From the NCBI GenBank assembly GCA_964057225.1, contig OZ059898.1, positions 19,406,001-19,470,000 of the forward strand: 64,000 bases of DNA, given 5' to 3'. The translations under genes and the position numbers were made by a program. This DNA is from Auanema rhodensis. Its lineage: Eukaryota; Animalia; Nematoda. How positions within the stretch are numbered: position 1 is the first letter of the stretch; each line of letters starts with the position of its first letter. The notes beneath the pieces were generated by a model. It saw only the letters and a program-made list of their open reading frames with translations. It searched no databases and had not been told where the DNA came from. Below are positions 1 through 15,000 of this stretch, in pieces.

Positions 1-3000
1 ACATGGAAACTCAACATACACTAATGCATCATTTTTCAAACAATCATAACTAATTTTTGTATTAAGCGTTTCTCAATGTAGTATAGTGCATTTGATGCGG
101 ATTTTTAAGCTGCGTCGATCTGTGTTATCAGATTTGCGCTAGCTTAAAAATGCACCGAGATATCAACTGATATAAGTTCACACTTATATCCTCGATTTTC
201 ACCCTGAAGAAATAATTTTTTCGTTGAATAACATTGTCCATCGTCTTCGCCTTAAAAAAAGGAATCTAAAAACATCTACTTTTTGCTAAATTATTTTGAA
301 GTTTTTCGAAAAAATTTTTGTCAAAATGTTTTTGGAAGCAATGTTGAGTGTACATGGAAACTCAACATACACTAATGCATCATTTTTCAAACGATCATAA
401 CTAATTTTTGTATTAAGCGTTTCTCAATGTAGTATAGTGCATTCGATGCGGATTTTTAAGCTGCGTCGATCTGTGTTATGAGATTTGCGCTAGCTTAAAA
501 ATGCACCGAGATATCAACTGATATAAGTTCACACTTATATCCTCGATTTTCACCCTGAAGAATTAATTTTTTCGTTGAATAACATTGTCCATCGTCTTTG
601 CCTTGAAAAAAGGAATCTAAAAACATCTACTTTTTGCTAAATTATTTTGAAATTTTTCGAAAAAATTTTTGTCAAAATGTTTTTGGAAGCAATGTTGAGT
701 GAACATGGAAACTCAACATACACTAATGCATCATTTTTCAAACAATCATAACTAATTTTTGTATCAAGCGTTTCTCAATGTAGTATAGTGCATTCGATGC
801 GGATTTTTAAGCTGCGTCGATCTGTGTTATCAGATTTGCGCTAACTTAAAAATGCACCGAGATATCAACTGATATAAGTTCACACTTATATCCTCGATTT
901 TCACCCTGAAGAAATAATTTTTTCGTTGAATAACATTGTCCATCGTCTTTGCCTTGAAAAAAGGAATCTAAAAACATCTACTTTTTGCTAAATTATTTTG
1001 AAATTTTTCAAAAAAATTTTTGTCAAAATGTTTTTGGAAGCAATGTTGAGTGTACATGGAAACTCAACATACACTAATGCATCATTTTTCAAACGATCAT
1101 AACTAATTTTTGTATTAAGCGTTTCTCAATGTAGTATAGTGCATTTGATGCGGATTTTTAAGCTGCGTCGATCTGTGTTATCAGATTTGCGCTAGCTTAA
1201 AAATGCACCGAGATATCAACTGATATAAGTTCACACTTATATCCTCGATTTTCACCCTGAAGAAATAATTTTTTCGTTGAATAACATTGTCCATCGTCTT
1301 CGCCTTGAAAAAAGGAATCTAAAAACATCTACTTTTTGCTAAATTATTTTGAAGTTTTTCGAAAAAATTTTTGTCAAAATGTTTTTGGAAGCAATGTTGA
1401 GTGTACATGGAAACTCAACATACACTAATGCATCATTTTTCAAACGATCATAACTAATTTTTGTATTAAGCGTTTCTCAATGTAGTATAGTGAATTCGAT
1501 GCGGAATTTTAAGCTGCGTCGATCTGTGTTATCAGATTTGCGCTAGCTTAAAAATGCACCGAGATATCAATTGATATAAGTTCACAATTATATCCTCGAT
1601 TTTCACCCTGAAGAAATAATTTTTTCGTTGAATAACATTGTCCATCGTCTTTGCCTTGAAAAAAGGAATCTAAAAACATCTACTTTTTGCTAAATTATTT
1701 TGAAGTTTTTTGAAAAAATTTTTGTCAAAATGTTTTTGGAAGCAATGTTGAGTGTACATGGAAACTCAACATACACTAATGCATCATTTTTCAAACGATC
1801 ATAACTAATTTTTGTATTAAGCGTTTCTCAATGTAGTATTGTGCATTCGATGCGGATTTTTAAGCTGCGTCGATCTGTGTTATGAGATTTGCGCTAGCTT
1901 AAAAATGCACCGAGATATCAACTGATATAAGTTCACACTTATATCCTCGATTTTCACCCTGAAGAATTAATTTTTTCGTTGAATAACATTGTCCATCGTC
2001 TTTGCCTTGAAAAAAGGAATCTAAAAACATCTACTTTTTGCTAAATTATTTTGAAATTTTTCGAAAAAATTTTTGTCAAAATGTTTTTGGAAGCAATGTT
2101 GAGTGAACATGGAAACTCAACATACACTAATGCATCATTTTTCAAACAATCATAACTAATTTTTGTATTAAGCGTTTCTCAATGTAGTATAGTGCATTCA
2201 ATGCGGATTTTTAAGCTGCGTCGATCTGTGTTATGAGATTTGCGCTAGCTTAAAAATGCACCGAGATATCAACTGATATAAGTTCACACTTATATCCTCG
2301 ATTTTCACCCTGAAGAATTAATTTTTTCGTTGAATAACATTGTCCATCGTCTTTGCCTTGAAAAAAGGAATCTAAAAACATCTACTTTTTGCTAAATTAT
2401 TTTGAAATTTTTCGAAAAAATTTTTGTCAAAATGTTTTTGGAAGCAATGTTGAGTGAACATGGAAACTCAACATACACTAATGCATCATTTTTCAAACAA
2501 TCATAACTAATTTCTGTATCAAGCGTTTCTCAATGTAGTATAGTGCATTCGATGCGGATTTTTAAGCTGCGTCGATCTGTGTTATCAAATTTGCGCTAAC
2601 TTAAAAATGCACCGAGATATCAACTGATATAAGTTCACACTTATATCCTCGATTTTCACCCTGAAGAAATAATTTTTTCGTTGAATAACATTGTCCATCG
2701 TCTTTGCCTTGAAAAAAGAAATCTAAAAACATCTACTTTTTGCTAAATTATTTTGAAATTTTTCAAAAAAATTTTTGTCAAAATGTTTTTGGAAGCAATG
2801 TTGAGTGTACATGGAAACTCAACATACACTAATGCATCATTTTTCGAACGATCATAACTAATTTTTGTATTAAGCGTTTCTCAATGTAGTATAGTGCATT
2901 CGATGCGGATTTTTAAGCTGCGTCGATCTGTGTTATCAGATTTGCGCAAGCTTAAAAATGCACCGAGACATCAACTGATATAAGTTCACACTGATATCCT

Positions 3001-6000
3001 CGATTTTCACCCTGAAGAATTAATTTTTTCGTTGAATAACATTGTCCATCGTCTTTGCCTTGAAAAAAGAAATCTAAAAACATCTACTTTTTGCTAAATT
3101 ATTCTGAAATTTTTCGAAAAAATTTTTGTCAAAATGTTTTTGGAAGCAATGTTGAGTGTACATGGAAACTCAACATACACTAATGCATCATTTTTCAAAC
3201 GATCATAACTAATTTTTGTATAAAGCGTTTCTCAAAGTAGTATAGTGCATTCGATGCGGATTTTTAAGCTGCGTCGATCTGTGTTATCAGATTTGCGCTA
3301 GCTTAAAAATGCACCGAGATATCAATTGATATAAGTTCACACTTATATCCTCGATTTTCACCCTGAAGAATTAATTTTTTCGTTGAATAACATTGTCCAT
3401 CGTCTTTGCCTTGAAAAAAGGAATCTAAAAACATCTACTTTTTGCTAAATTATTTTGAAATTTTTCGAAAAAATTTTTGTCAAAATGTTTTTGGAAGCAA
3501 TGTTGAGCGTACATGGAAACTCAACATACACTAATGCATCATTTTTCAAACGATCATAACTAATTTTTGTATCAAGCGTTTCTCAATGTAGTATAGTGCA
3601 TTCGATGCGGATTTTTAAGCTGCGTCGATCTGTGTTATCAGATTTGCGCTAGCTTAAAAATGCACCGAGATATCAATTGATATAAGTTCACACTTATATC
3701 CTCGATTTTCACCCTGAAGAAATAATTTTTTCGTTGAATAACATTGTCCATCGTCTTTGCCTTGAAAAAAGGAATCTAAAAACATCTACTTTTTGCTAAA
3801 TTATTCTGAAATTTTTCAAAAAAATTTTTGTCAAAATGTTTTTGGAAGCAATGTTGAGTGTACATGGAAACTCAACATACACTAATGCATCATTTTTCAA
3901 ACGATCATAACTAATTTCTGTATTAAGCGTTTCTCAATGTAGTATAGTGCATTCGATGCGGATTTTTAAGCTGCGTCGATCTGTGTTATCAGATTTGCGC
4001 AAGCTTAAAAATGCACCGAGATATCAACTGATATAAGTTCACACTTATATCCTCGATTTTCACCCTGAAGAAATAATTTTTTCGTTGAATAACATTGTCC
4101 ATCGTCTTTGCCTTGAAAAAAGGAATCTAAAAACATCTACTTTTTGCTAAATTATTCTGAAATTTTTCGAAAAAATTTTTGTCAAAATGTTTTTGGAAGC
4201 AATGTTGAGTGTACATGGAAACTCAACATACACTAATGCATCATTTTTCAAACGATCATAACTAATTTTTGTATTAAGCGTTTCTCAATGTAGTATAGTG
4301 CATTCGATGCGGATTTTTAAGCTGCGTCGATCTGTGTTATGAGATTTGCGCTAGCTTAAAAATGCACCGAGATATCAACTGATATAAGTTCACACTTATA
4401 TCCTCGATTTTCACCCTGAAGAATTAATTTTTTCGTTTAATAACATTGTCCATCGTCTTTGCCTTGAAAAAAGGAATCTAAAAACATCTACTTTTTGCTA
4501 AATTATTTTGAAATTTTTCGAAAAAATTTTTGTCAAAATGTTTTTGGAAGCAATGTTGAGTGAACATGGAAACTCAACATACACTAATGCATCATTTTTC
4601 AAACAATCATAACTAATTTTTGTATCAAGCGTTTCTCAATGTAGTATAGTGCATTCGATGCGGATTTTTAAGCTGCGTCGATCTGTGTTATCAGATTTGC
4701 GCTAACTTAAAAATGCACCGAGATATCAACTGATATAAGTTCACACTTATATCCTCGATTTTCACCCTGAAGAATTAATTTTTTCGTTGAATAACATTGT
4801 CCATCGTCTTTGCCTTGAAAAAAGGAATCTAAAAACATCTACTTTTTGCTAAATTATTTTGAAATTTTTCGAAAAAATTTTTGTCAAAATGTTTTTGGAA
4901 GCAATGTTGAGTGAACATGGAAACTCAACATACACTAATGCATCATTTTTCAAACAATCATAACTAATTTTTGTATTAAGCGTTTCTCAATGTAGTATAG
5001 TGCATTTGATGCGGATTTTTAAGCTGCGTCGATCTGTGTTATCAGATTTGCGCTAGCTTAAAAATGCACCGAGATATCAACTGATATAAGTTCACACTTA
5101 TATCCTCGATTTTCACCCTGAAGAAATAATTTTTTCGTTGAATAACATTGTCCATCGTCTTCGCCTTAAAAAAAGGAATCTAAAAACATCTACTTTTTGC
5201 TAAATTATTTTGAAGTTTTTCGAAAAAATTTTTGTCAAAATGTTTTTGGAAGCAATGTTGAGTGTACATGGAAACTCAACATACACTAATGCATCATTTT
5301 TCAAACGATCATAACTAATTTTTGTATTAAGCGTTTCTCAATGTAGTATAGTGCATTCGATGCGGATTTTTAAGCTGCGTCGATCTGTGTTATGAGATTT
5401 GCGCTAGCTTAAAAATGCACCGAGATATCAACTGATATAAGTTCACACTTATATCCTCGATTTTCACCCTGAAGAATTAATTTTTTCGTTGAATAACATT
5501 GTCCATCGTCTTTGCCTTGAAAAAAGGAATCTAAAAACATCTACTTTTTGCTAAATTATTTTGAAATTTTTCGAAAAAATTTTTGTCAAAATGTTTTTGG
5601 AAGCAATGTTGAGTGAACATGGAAACTCAACATACACTAATGCATCATTTTTCAAACAATCATAACTAATTTTTGTATCAAGCGTTTCTCAATGTAGTAT
5701 AGTGCATTCGATGCGGATTTTTAAGCTGCGTCGATCTGTGTTATCAGATTTGCGCTAACTTAAAAATGCACCGAGATATCAACTGATATAAGTTCACACT
5801 TATATCCTCGATTTTCACCCTGAAGAAATAATTTTTTCGTTGAATAACATTGTCCATCGTCTTTGCCTTGAAAAAAGGAATCTAAAAACATCTACTTTTT
5901 GCTAAATTATTTTGAAATTTTTCAAAAAAATTTTTGTCAAAATGTTTTTGGAAGCAATGTTGAGTGTACATGGAAACTCAACATACACTAATGCATCATT

Positions 6001-9000
6001 TTTCAAACGATCATAACTAATTTTTGTATTAAGCGTTTCTCAATGTAGTATAGTGCATTTGATGCGGATTTTTAAGCTGCGTCGATCTGTGTTATCAGAT
6101 TTGCGCTAGCTTAAAAATGCACCGAGATATCAACTGATATAAGTTCACACTTATATCCTCGATTTTCACCCTGAAGAAATAATTTTTTCGTTGAATAACA
6201 TTGTCCATCGTCTTCGCCTTGAAAAAAGGAATCTAAAAACATCTACTTTTTGCTAAATTATTTTGAAGTTTTTCGAAAAAATTTTTGTCAAAATGTTTTT
6301 GGAAGCAATGTTGAGTGTACATGGAAACTCAACATACACTAATGCATCATTTTTCAAACGATCATAACTAATTTTTGTATTAAGCGTTTCTCAATGTAGT
6401 ATAGTGAATTCGATGCGGAATTTTAAGCTGCGTCGATCTGTGTTATCAGATTTGCGCTAGCTTAAAAATGCACCGAGATATCAATTGATATAAGTTCACA
6501 ATTATATCCTCGATTTTCACCCTGAAGAAATAATTTTTTCGTTGAATAACATTGTCCATCGTCTTTGCCTTGAAAAAAGGAATCTAAAAACATCTACTTT
6601 TTGCTAAATTATTTTGAAGTTTTTTGAAAAAATTTTTGTCAAAATGTTTTTGGAAGCAATGTTGAGTGTACATGGAAACTCAACATACACTAATGCATCA
6701 TTTTTCAAACGATCATAACTAATTTTTGTATTAAGCGTTTCTCAATGTAGTATTGTGCATTCGATGCGGATTTTTAAGCTGCGTCGATCTGTGTTATGAG
6801 ATTTGCGCTAGCTTAAAAATGCACCGAGATATCAACTGATATAAGTTCACACTTATATCCTCGATTTTCACCCTGAAGAATTAATTTTTTCGTTGAATAA
6901 CATTGTCCATCGTCTTTGCCTTGAAAAAAGGAATCTAAAAACATCTACTTTTTGCTAAATTATTTTGAAATTTTTCGAAAAAATTTTTGTCAAAATGTTT
7001 TTGGAAGCAATGTTGAGTGAACATGGAAACTCAACATACACTAATGCATCATTTTTCAAACAATCATAACTAATTTTTGTATTAAGCGTTTCTCAATGTA
7101 GTATAGTGCATTCAATGCGGATTTTTAAGCTGCGTCGATCTGTGTTATGAGATTTGCGCTAGCTTAAAAATGCACCGAGATATCAACTGATATAAGTTCA
7201 CACTTATATCCTCGATTTTCACCCTGAAGAATTAATTTTTTCGTTGAATAACATTGTCCATCGTCTTTGCCTTGAAAAAAGGAATCTAAAAACATCTACT
7301 TTTTGCTAAATTATTTTGAAATTTTTCGAAAAAATTTTTGTCAAAATGTTTTTGGAAGCAATGTTGAGTGAACATGGAAACTCAACATACACTAATGCAT
7401 CATTTTTCAAACAATCATAACTAATTTCTGTATCAAGCGTTTCTCAATGTAGTATAGTGCATTCGATGCGGATTTTTAAGCTGCGTCGATCTGTGTTATC
7501 AAATTTGCGCTAACTTAAAAATGCACCGAGATATCAACTGATATAAGTTCACACTTATATCCTCGATTTTCACCCTGAAGAAATAATTTTTTCGTTGAAT
7601 AACATTGTCCATCGTCTTTGCCTTGAAAAAAGAAATCTAAAAACATCTACTTTTTGCTAAATTATTTTGAAATTTTTCGAAAAAATTTTTGTCAAAATGT
7701 TTTTGGAAGCAATGTTGAGTGTACATGGAAACTCAACATACACTAATGCATCATTTTTCGAACGATCATAACTAATTTTTGTATTAAGCGTTTCTCAATG
7801 TAGTATAGTGCATTCGATGCGGATTTTTAAGCTGCGTCGATCTGTGTTATCAGATTTGCGCAAGCTTAAAAATGCACCGAGACATCAACTGATATAAGTT
7901 CACACTGATATCCTCGATTTTCACCCTGAAGAATTAATTTTTTCGTTGAATAACATTGTCCATCGTCTTTGCCTTGAAAAAAGAAATCTAAAAACATCTA
8001 CTTTTTGCTAAATTATTCTGAAATTTTTCGAAAAAATTTTTGTCAAAATGTTTTTGGAAGCAATGTTGAGTGTACATGGAAACTCAACATACACTAATGC
8101 ATCATTTTTCAAACGATCATAACTAATTTTTGTATAAAGCGTTTCTCAAAGTAGTATAGTGCATTCGATGCGGATTTTTAAGCTGCGTCGATCTGTGTTA
8201 TCAGATTTGCGCTAGCTTAAAAATGCACCGAGATATCAATTGATATAAGTTCACACTTATATCCTCGATTTTCACCCTGAAGAATTAATTTTTTCGTTGA
8301 ATAACATTGTCCATCGTCTTTGCCTTGAAAAAAGGAATCTAAAAACATCTACTTTTTGCTAAATTATTTTGAAATTTTTCGAAAAAATTTTTGTCAAAAT
8401 GTTTTTGGAAGCAATGTTGAGCGTACATGGAAACTCAACATACACTAATGCATCATTTTTCAAACGATCATAACTAATTTTTGTATCAAGCGTTTCTCAA
8501 TGTAGTATAGTGCATTCGATGCGGATTTTTAAGCTGCGTCGATCTGTGTTATCAGATTTGCGCTAGCTTAAAAATGCACCGAGATATCAATTGATATAAG
8601 TTCACACTTATATCCTCGATTTTCACCCTGAAGAAATAATTTTTTCGTTGAATAACATTGTCCATCGTCTTTGCCTTGAAAAAAGGAATCTAAAAACATC
8701 TACTTTTTGCTAAATTATTCTGAAATTTTTCAAAAAAATTTTTGTCAAAATGTTTTTGGAAGCAATGTTGAGTGTACATGGAAACTCAACATACACTAAT
8801 GCATCATTTTTCAAACGATCATAACTAATTTCTGTATTAAGCGTTTCTCAATGTAGTATAGTGCATTCGATGCGGATTTTTAAGCTGCGTCGATCTGTGT
8901 TATCAGATTTGCGCAAGCTTAAAAATGCACCGAGATATCAACTGATATAAGTTCACACTTATATCCTCGATTTTCACCCTGAAGAAATAATTTTTTCGTT

Positions 9001-12000
9001 GAATAACATTGTCCATCGTCTTTGCCTTGAAAAAAGGAATCTAAAAACATCTACTTTTTGCTAAATTATTCTGAAATTTTTCGAAAAAATTTTTGTCAAA
9101 ATGTTTTTGGAAGCAATGTTGAGTGTACATGGAAACTCAAAATACACTAATGCATCATTTTTCAAACGATCATAACTAATTTTTGTATTAAGCGTTACTC
9201 AATGTAGTATAGTGTATTCGATGCGGATTTTTAAGCTGCGTCGATCTGTGTTATCAGATTTGCGCTAGCTTAAAAATGCACCGAGATATCAACTGATATA
9301 AGTTCACACTTATATCCTCGATTTTCACCCTGAAGAATTAATTTTTTCGTTGAATAACATTGTCCATCGTCTTTGCCTTGAAAAAAGGAATCTAAAAACA
9401 TCTACTTTTTGCTAAATTATTCTGAAATTTTTCGAAAAAATTTTTGTCAAAATGTTTTTGGAAGCAATGTTGAGTGTACATGGAAACTCAACATACACTA
9501 ATGCATCATTTTTCAAACGATCATAACTAATTTTTGTATTAAGCGTTTCTCAATGTAGTATAGTGCATTCGATGCGGATTTTTAAGCTGCGTCGATCTGT
9601 GTTATCAGATTTGCGCTAGCTTAAAAATGCACCGAGATATCAACTGATATAAGTTCACACTTATATCCTCGATTTTCACCCTGAAGAATTAATTTTTTCG
9701 TTGAATAACATTGTCCATCGTCTTTGCCTTGAAAAAAGGAATCTAAAAACATCTACTTTTTGCTAAATTATTCTGAAATTTTTCGAAAAAATTTTTGTCA
9801 AAATGTTTTTGGAAGCAATGTTGAGTGTACATGGAAACTCAACATACACTAATGCATCATTTTTCAAACGATCATAACTAATTTTTGTATTAAGCGTTTC
9901 TCAATGTAGTATAGTGCATTCGATGCGGATTTTTAAGCTGCGTCGATCTGTGTTATCAGATTTGCGCTAGCTTAAAAATGCACCGAGATATCAACTGATA
10001 TAAGTTAACACTTATATCCTCGATTTTCACCCTGAAGAATTAATTTTTTCGTTGAATAACATTGTCCATCGTCTTTGCCTTGAAAAAAGGAATCTAAAAA
10101 CATCTACTTTTTGCTAAATTATTCTGAAATTTTTCGAAAAAATTTTTGTCAAAATGTTTTTGGAAGCAATGTTGAGTGTACATGGAAACTCAACATACAC
10201 TAATGCATCATTTTTCAAACGATCATAACTAATTTTTGTATTAAGCGTTTCTCAATGTAGTATAGTGCATTCGATGCGGATTTTTAAGCTGCGTCGATCT
10301 GTGTTATCAGATTTGCGCTAGCTTAAAAATGCACCGAGATATCAACTGATATAAGTTCACACTTATATCCTCGATTTTCACCCTGAAGAATTAATTTTTT
10401 CGTTGAATAACATTGTCCATCGTCTTTGCCTTGAAAAAAGGAATCTAAAAACATCTACTTTTTGCTAAATTATTCTGAAATTTTTCGAAAAAATTTTTGT
10501 CAAAATGTTTTTGGAAGCAATGTTGAGTGTACATGGAAACTCAACATACACTAATGCATCATTTTTCGAACGATCATAACTAATTTTTGTATTAAGCGTT
10601 TCTTAATGTAATATAGTGCATTTCATGCGGATTTTTAAGCTGCGTCGATCTGTGTTATCAGATTTGCGCTAGCTTTAAAATGCACCGAGATATCAACTGA
10701 TATAAGTTCACACTTATATCCTCGATTTTCACCCTGAAGAAATAATTTTTTCGTTGAATAACATTGTCCATCGTCTTTGCCTTGAAAAAAAGAATCTAAA
10801 AACATCTACTTTTTGCTAAATTATTTTGAAGTTTTTCGAAAAAATTTTTGTCAAAATGTTTTTGGAAGCAATGTTGAGTGTACATGGAAACTCAACATAC
10901 ACTAATGCATCATTTTTCGAACGATCATAACTAATTTTTGTATTAAGCGTTTCTCAATGTAATATAGTGCATTTCATGCGGATTTTTAAGCTGCGTCGAT
11001 CTGTGTTATCAGATTTGCGCTAGCTTTAAAATGCACCGAGATATCAACTGATATAAGTTCACACTTATATCCTCGATTTTCACCCTGAAGAAATAATTTT
11101 TTCGTTGAATAACATTGTCCATCGTCTTTGCCTTGAAAAAAAGGAATCTAAAAACATCTACTTTTTGCTAAATTATTCTGAAATTTTTCGAAAAAATTTT
11201 TGTCAAAATGTTTTTGGAAGCAATGTTGAGTGTACATGGAAACTCAACATACACTAATGCATCATTTTTCAAACGATCATAACTAATTTTTGTATTAAGC
11301 GTTTCTCAATGTAGTATAGTGCATTCGATGCGGATTTTTAAGCTGCGTCGATCTGTGTTATCAGATTTGCGCTAGCTTAAAAATGCACCGAGATATCAAC
11401 TGATATAAGTTCACACTTATATCCTCGATTTTCACCCTGAAGAATTAATTTTTTCGTTGAATAACATTGTCCATCGTCTTTGCCTTGAAAAAAGGAATCT
11501 AAAAACATCTACTTTTTGCTAAATTATTCTGAAATTTTTCGAAAAAATTTTTGTCAAAATGTTTTTGGAAGCAATGTTGAGTGTACATGGAAACTCAACA
11601 TACACTAATGCATCATTTTTCGAACGATCATAACTAATTTTTGTATTAAGCGTTTCTTAATGTAATATAGTGCATTTCATGCGGATTTTTAAGCTGCGTC
11701 GATCTGTGTTATCAGATTTGCGCTAGCTTTAAAATGCACCGAGATATCAACTGATATAAGTTCACACTTATATCCTCGATTTTCACCCTGAAGAAATAAT
11801 TTTTTCGTTGAATAACATTGTCCATCGTCTTTGCCTTGAAAAAAAGAATCTAAAAACATCTACTTTTTGCTAAATTATTTTGAAGTTTTTCGAAAAAATT
11901 TTTGTCAAAATGTTTTTGGAAGCAATGTTGAGTGTACATGGAAACTCAACATACACTAATGCATCATTTTTCGAACGATCATAACTAATTTTTGTATTAA

Positions 12001-15000
12001 GCGTTTCTCAATGTAATATAGTGCATTTCATGCGGATTTTTAAGCTGCGTCGATCTGTGTTATCAGATTTGCGCTAGCTTTAAAATGCACCGAGATATCA
12101 ACTGATATAAGTTCACACTTATATCCTCGATTTTCACCCTGAAGAAATAATTTTTTCGTTGAATAACATTGTCCATCGTCTTTGCCTTGAAAAAAAGGAA
12201 TCTAAAAACATCTACTTTTTGCTAAATTATTCTGAAATTTTTCGAAAAAATTTTTGTCAAAATGTTTTTGGAAGCAATGTTGAGTGTACATGGAAACTCA
12301 ACATACACTAATGCATCATTTTTCAAACGATCATAACTAATTTTTGTATTAAGCGTTTCTCAATGTAGTATAGTGCATTCGATGCGGATTTTTAAGCTGC
12401 GTCGATCTGTGTTATCAGATTTGCGCTAGCTTAAAAATGCACCGAGATATCAACTGATATAAGTTCACACTTATATCCTCGATTTTCACCCTGAAGAATT
12501 AATTTTTTCGTTGAATAACATTGTCCATCGTCTTTGCCTTGAAAAAAGGAATCTAAAAACATCTACTTTTTGCTAAATTATTCTGAAATTTTTCGAAAAA
12601 ATTTTTGTCAAAATGTTTTTGGAAGCAATGTTGAGTGTACATGGAAACTCAACATACACTAATGCATCATTTTTCGAACGATCATAACTAATTTTTGTAT
12701 TAAGCGTTTCTCAATGTAATATAGTGCATTTCATGCGGATTTTTAAGCTGCGTCGATCTGTGTTATCAGATTTGCGCTAGCTTTAAAATGCACCGAGATA
12801 TCAACTGATATAAGTTCACACTTATATCCTCGATTTTCACCCTGAAGAAATAATTTTTTCGTTGAATAACATTGTCCATCGTCTTTGCCTTGAAAAAAAG
12901 AATCTAAAAACATCTACTTTTTGCTAAATTATTTTGAAGTTTTTCGAAAAAATTTTTGTCAAAATGTTTTTGGAAGCAATGTTGAGTGTACATGGAAACT
13001 CAACATACACTAATGCATCATTTTTCAAACGATCATAACTAATTTTTGTATTAAGCTTTTCTCGATGTAGTATAGTGCATTCGATGCGGATTTTTAAGCT
13101 GCGTCGATCTGTGTTATCAGATTTGCGCTAGCTTAAAAATGCACCGAGATATCAACTGATATAAGTTCACACTTATATCCTCGATTTTCACCCTGATGAA
13201 TTAATTTTTTCGTTGAATAACATTGTCCATCGTCTTTGCCTTGAAAAAAGGAATCTAAAAACATCTACTTTTTGCTAAATTATTCTGAAATTTTTCGAAA
13301 AAATTTTTGTCAAAATGTTTTTGGAAGCAATGTTGAGTGTACATGGAAACTCAACATACACTAATGCATCATTTTTCAAACGATCATAACTAATTTTTGT
13401 ATTAAGCGTTTCTCAATGTAGTATAGTGCATTTGATGCGGATTTTTAAGCTGCGTCGATCTGTGTTATCAGATTTGCGCTAGCTTAAAAATGCACCGAGA
13501 TATCAACTGATATAAGTTCACACTTATATCCTCGATTTTCACCCTGAAGAAATAATTTTTTCGTTGAATAACATTGTCCATCGTCTTTGCCTGGAAAAAA
13601 GGAATCTAAAAACATCTACTTTTTGCTAAATTATTTTGAAATTTTTCGAAAAAATTTTTGTCAAAATGTTTTTGGAAGCAATGTTGAGTGTACATGGAAA
13701 CTCAACATACACTAATGCATCATTTTTCAAACGATCATAACTAATTTTTGTATTAAGCGTATCTCAATGTAGTATAGTGCATTTGATGCGGATTTTCAAG
13801 CTGCGTCGATCTGTGTTATCAGATTTGCGCTAGCTTAAAAATGCACCGAGATATCAACTGATATAAGTTCACACTTATATCCTCGATTTTCACCCTGAAG
13901 AATTAATTTTTTCGTTGAATAACATTGTCCATCGTCTTTGCCTTGAAAAAAGGAATCTAAAAACATCTACTTTTTGCTAAATTATTCTGAAATTTTTCGA
14001 AAAAATTTTTGTCAAAATGTTTTTGGAAGCAATGTTGAGTGTACATGGAAACTCAACATACACTAATGCATCATTTTTCAAACGATCATAACTAATTTTT
14101 GTATAGAGCGTTTCTCAATGTAGTATAGTGCATTCGATGCGGATTTTTAAGCTGCGTCGATCTGTGTTATCAGATTTGCGCTAGCTTAAAAATGCACCGA
14201 GATATCAACTGATATAAGTTCACACTTATATCCTCGATTTTCACCCTGAAGAATTAATTTTTTCGTTGAATAACATTGTCCATCGTCTTTGCCTTGAAAA
14301 AAGGAATCTAAAAACATCTACTTTTTGCTAAATTATTCTGAAATTTTTCGAAAAAATTTTTGTCAAAATGTTTTTGGAAGCAATGTTGAGTGTACATGGA
14401 AACTCAACATACACTAATGCATCATTTTTCAAACGATCATAACTAATTTTTGTATTAAGCGTTTCTCAATGTAGTATAGTGCATTTGATGCGGATTTTTA
14501 AGCTGCGTCGATCTGTGTTATCAGATTTGCGCTAGCTTAAAAATGCACCGAGATATCAACTGATATAAGTTCACACTTATATCCTCGATTTTCACCCTGA
14601 AGAAATAATTTTTTCGTTGAATAACATTGTCCATCGTCTTTGCCTGGAAAAAAGGAATCTAAAAACATCTACTTTTTGCTAAATTATTTTGAAATTTTTC
14701 GAAAAAATTTTTGTCAAAATGTTTTTGGAAGCAATGTTGAGTGTACATGGAAACTCAACATACACTAATGCATCATTTTTCAAACGATCATAACTAATTT
14801 TTGTATTAAGCCTATCTCAATGTAGTATAGTGCATTTGATGCGGATTTTTAAGCTGCGTCGATCTGTGTTATCAGATTTGCGCTAGCTTAAAAATGCACC
14901 GAGATATCAACTGATATAAGTTCACACTTATATCCTCGATTTTCACCCTGAAGATTTAATTTTTTCGTTGAATAACATTGTCCATCGTCTTTGCCTTGAA

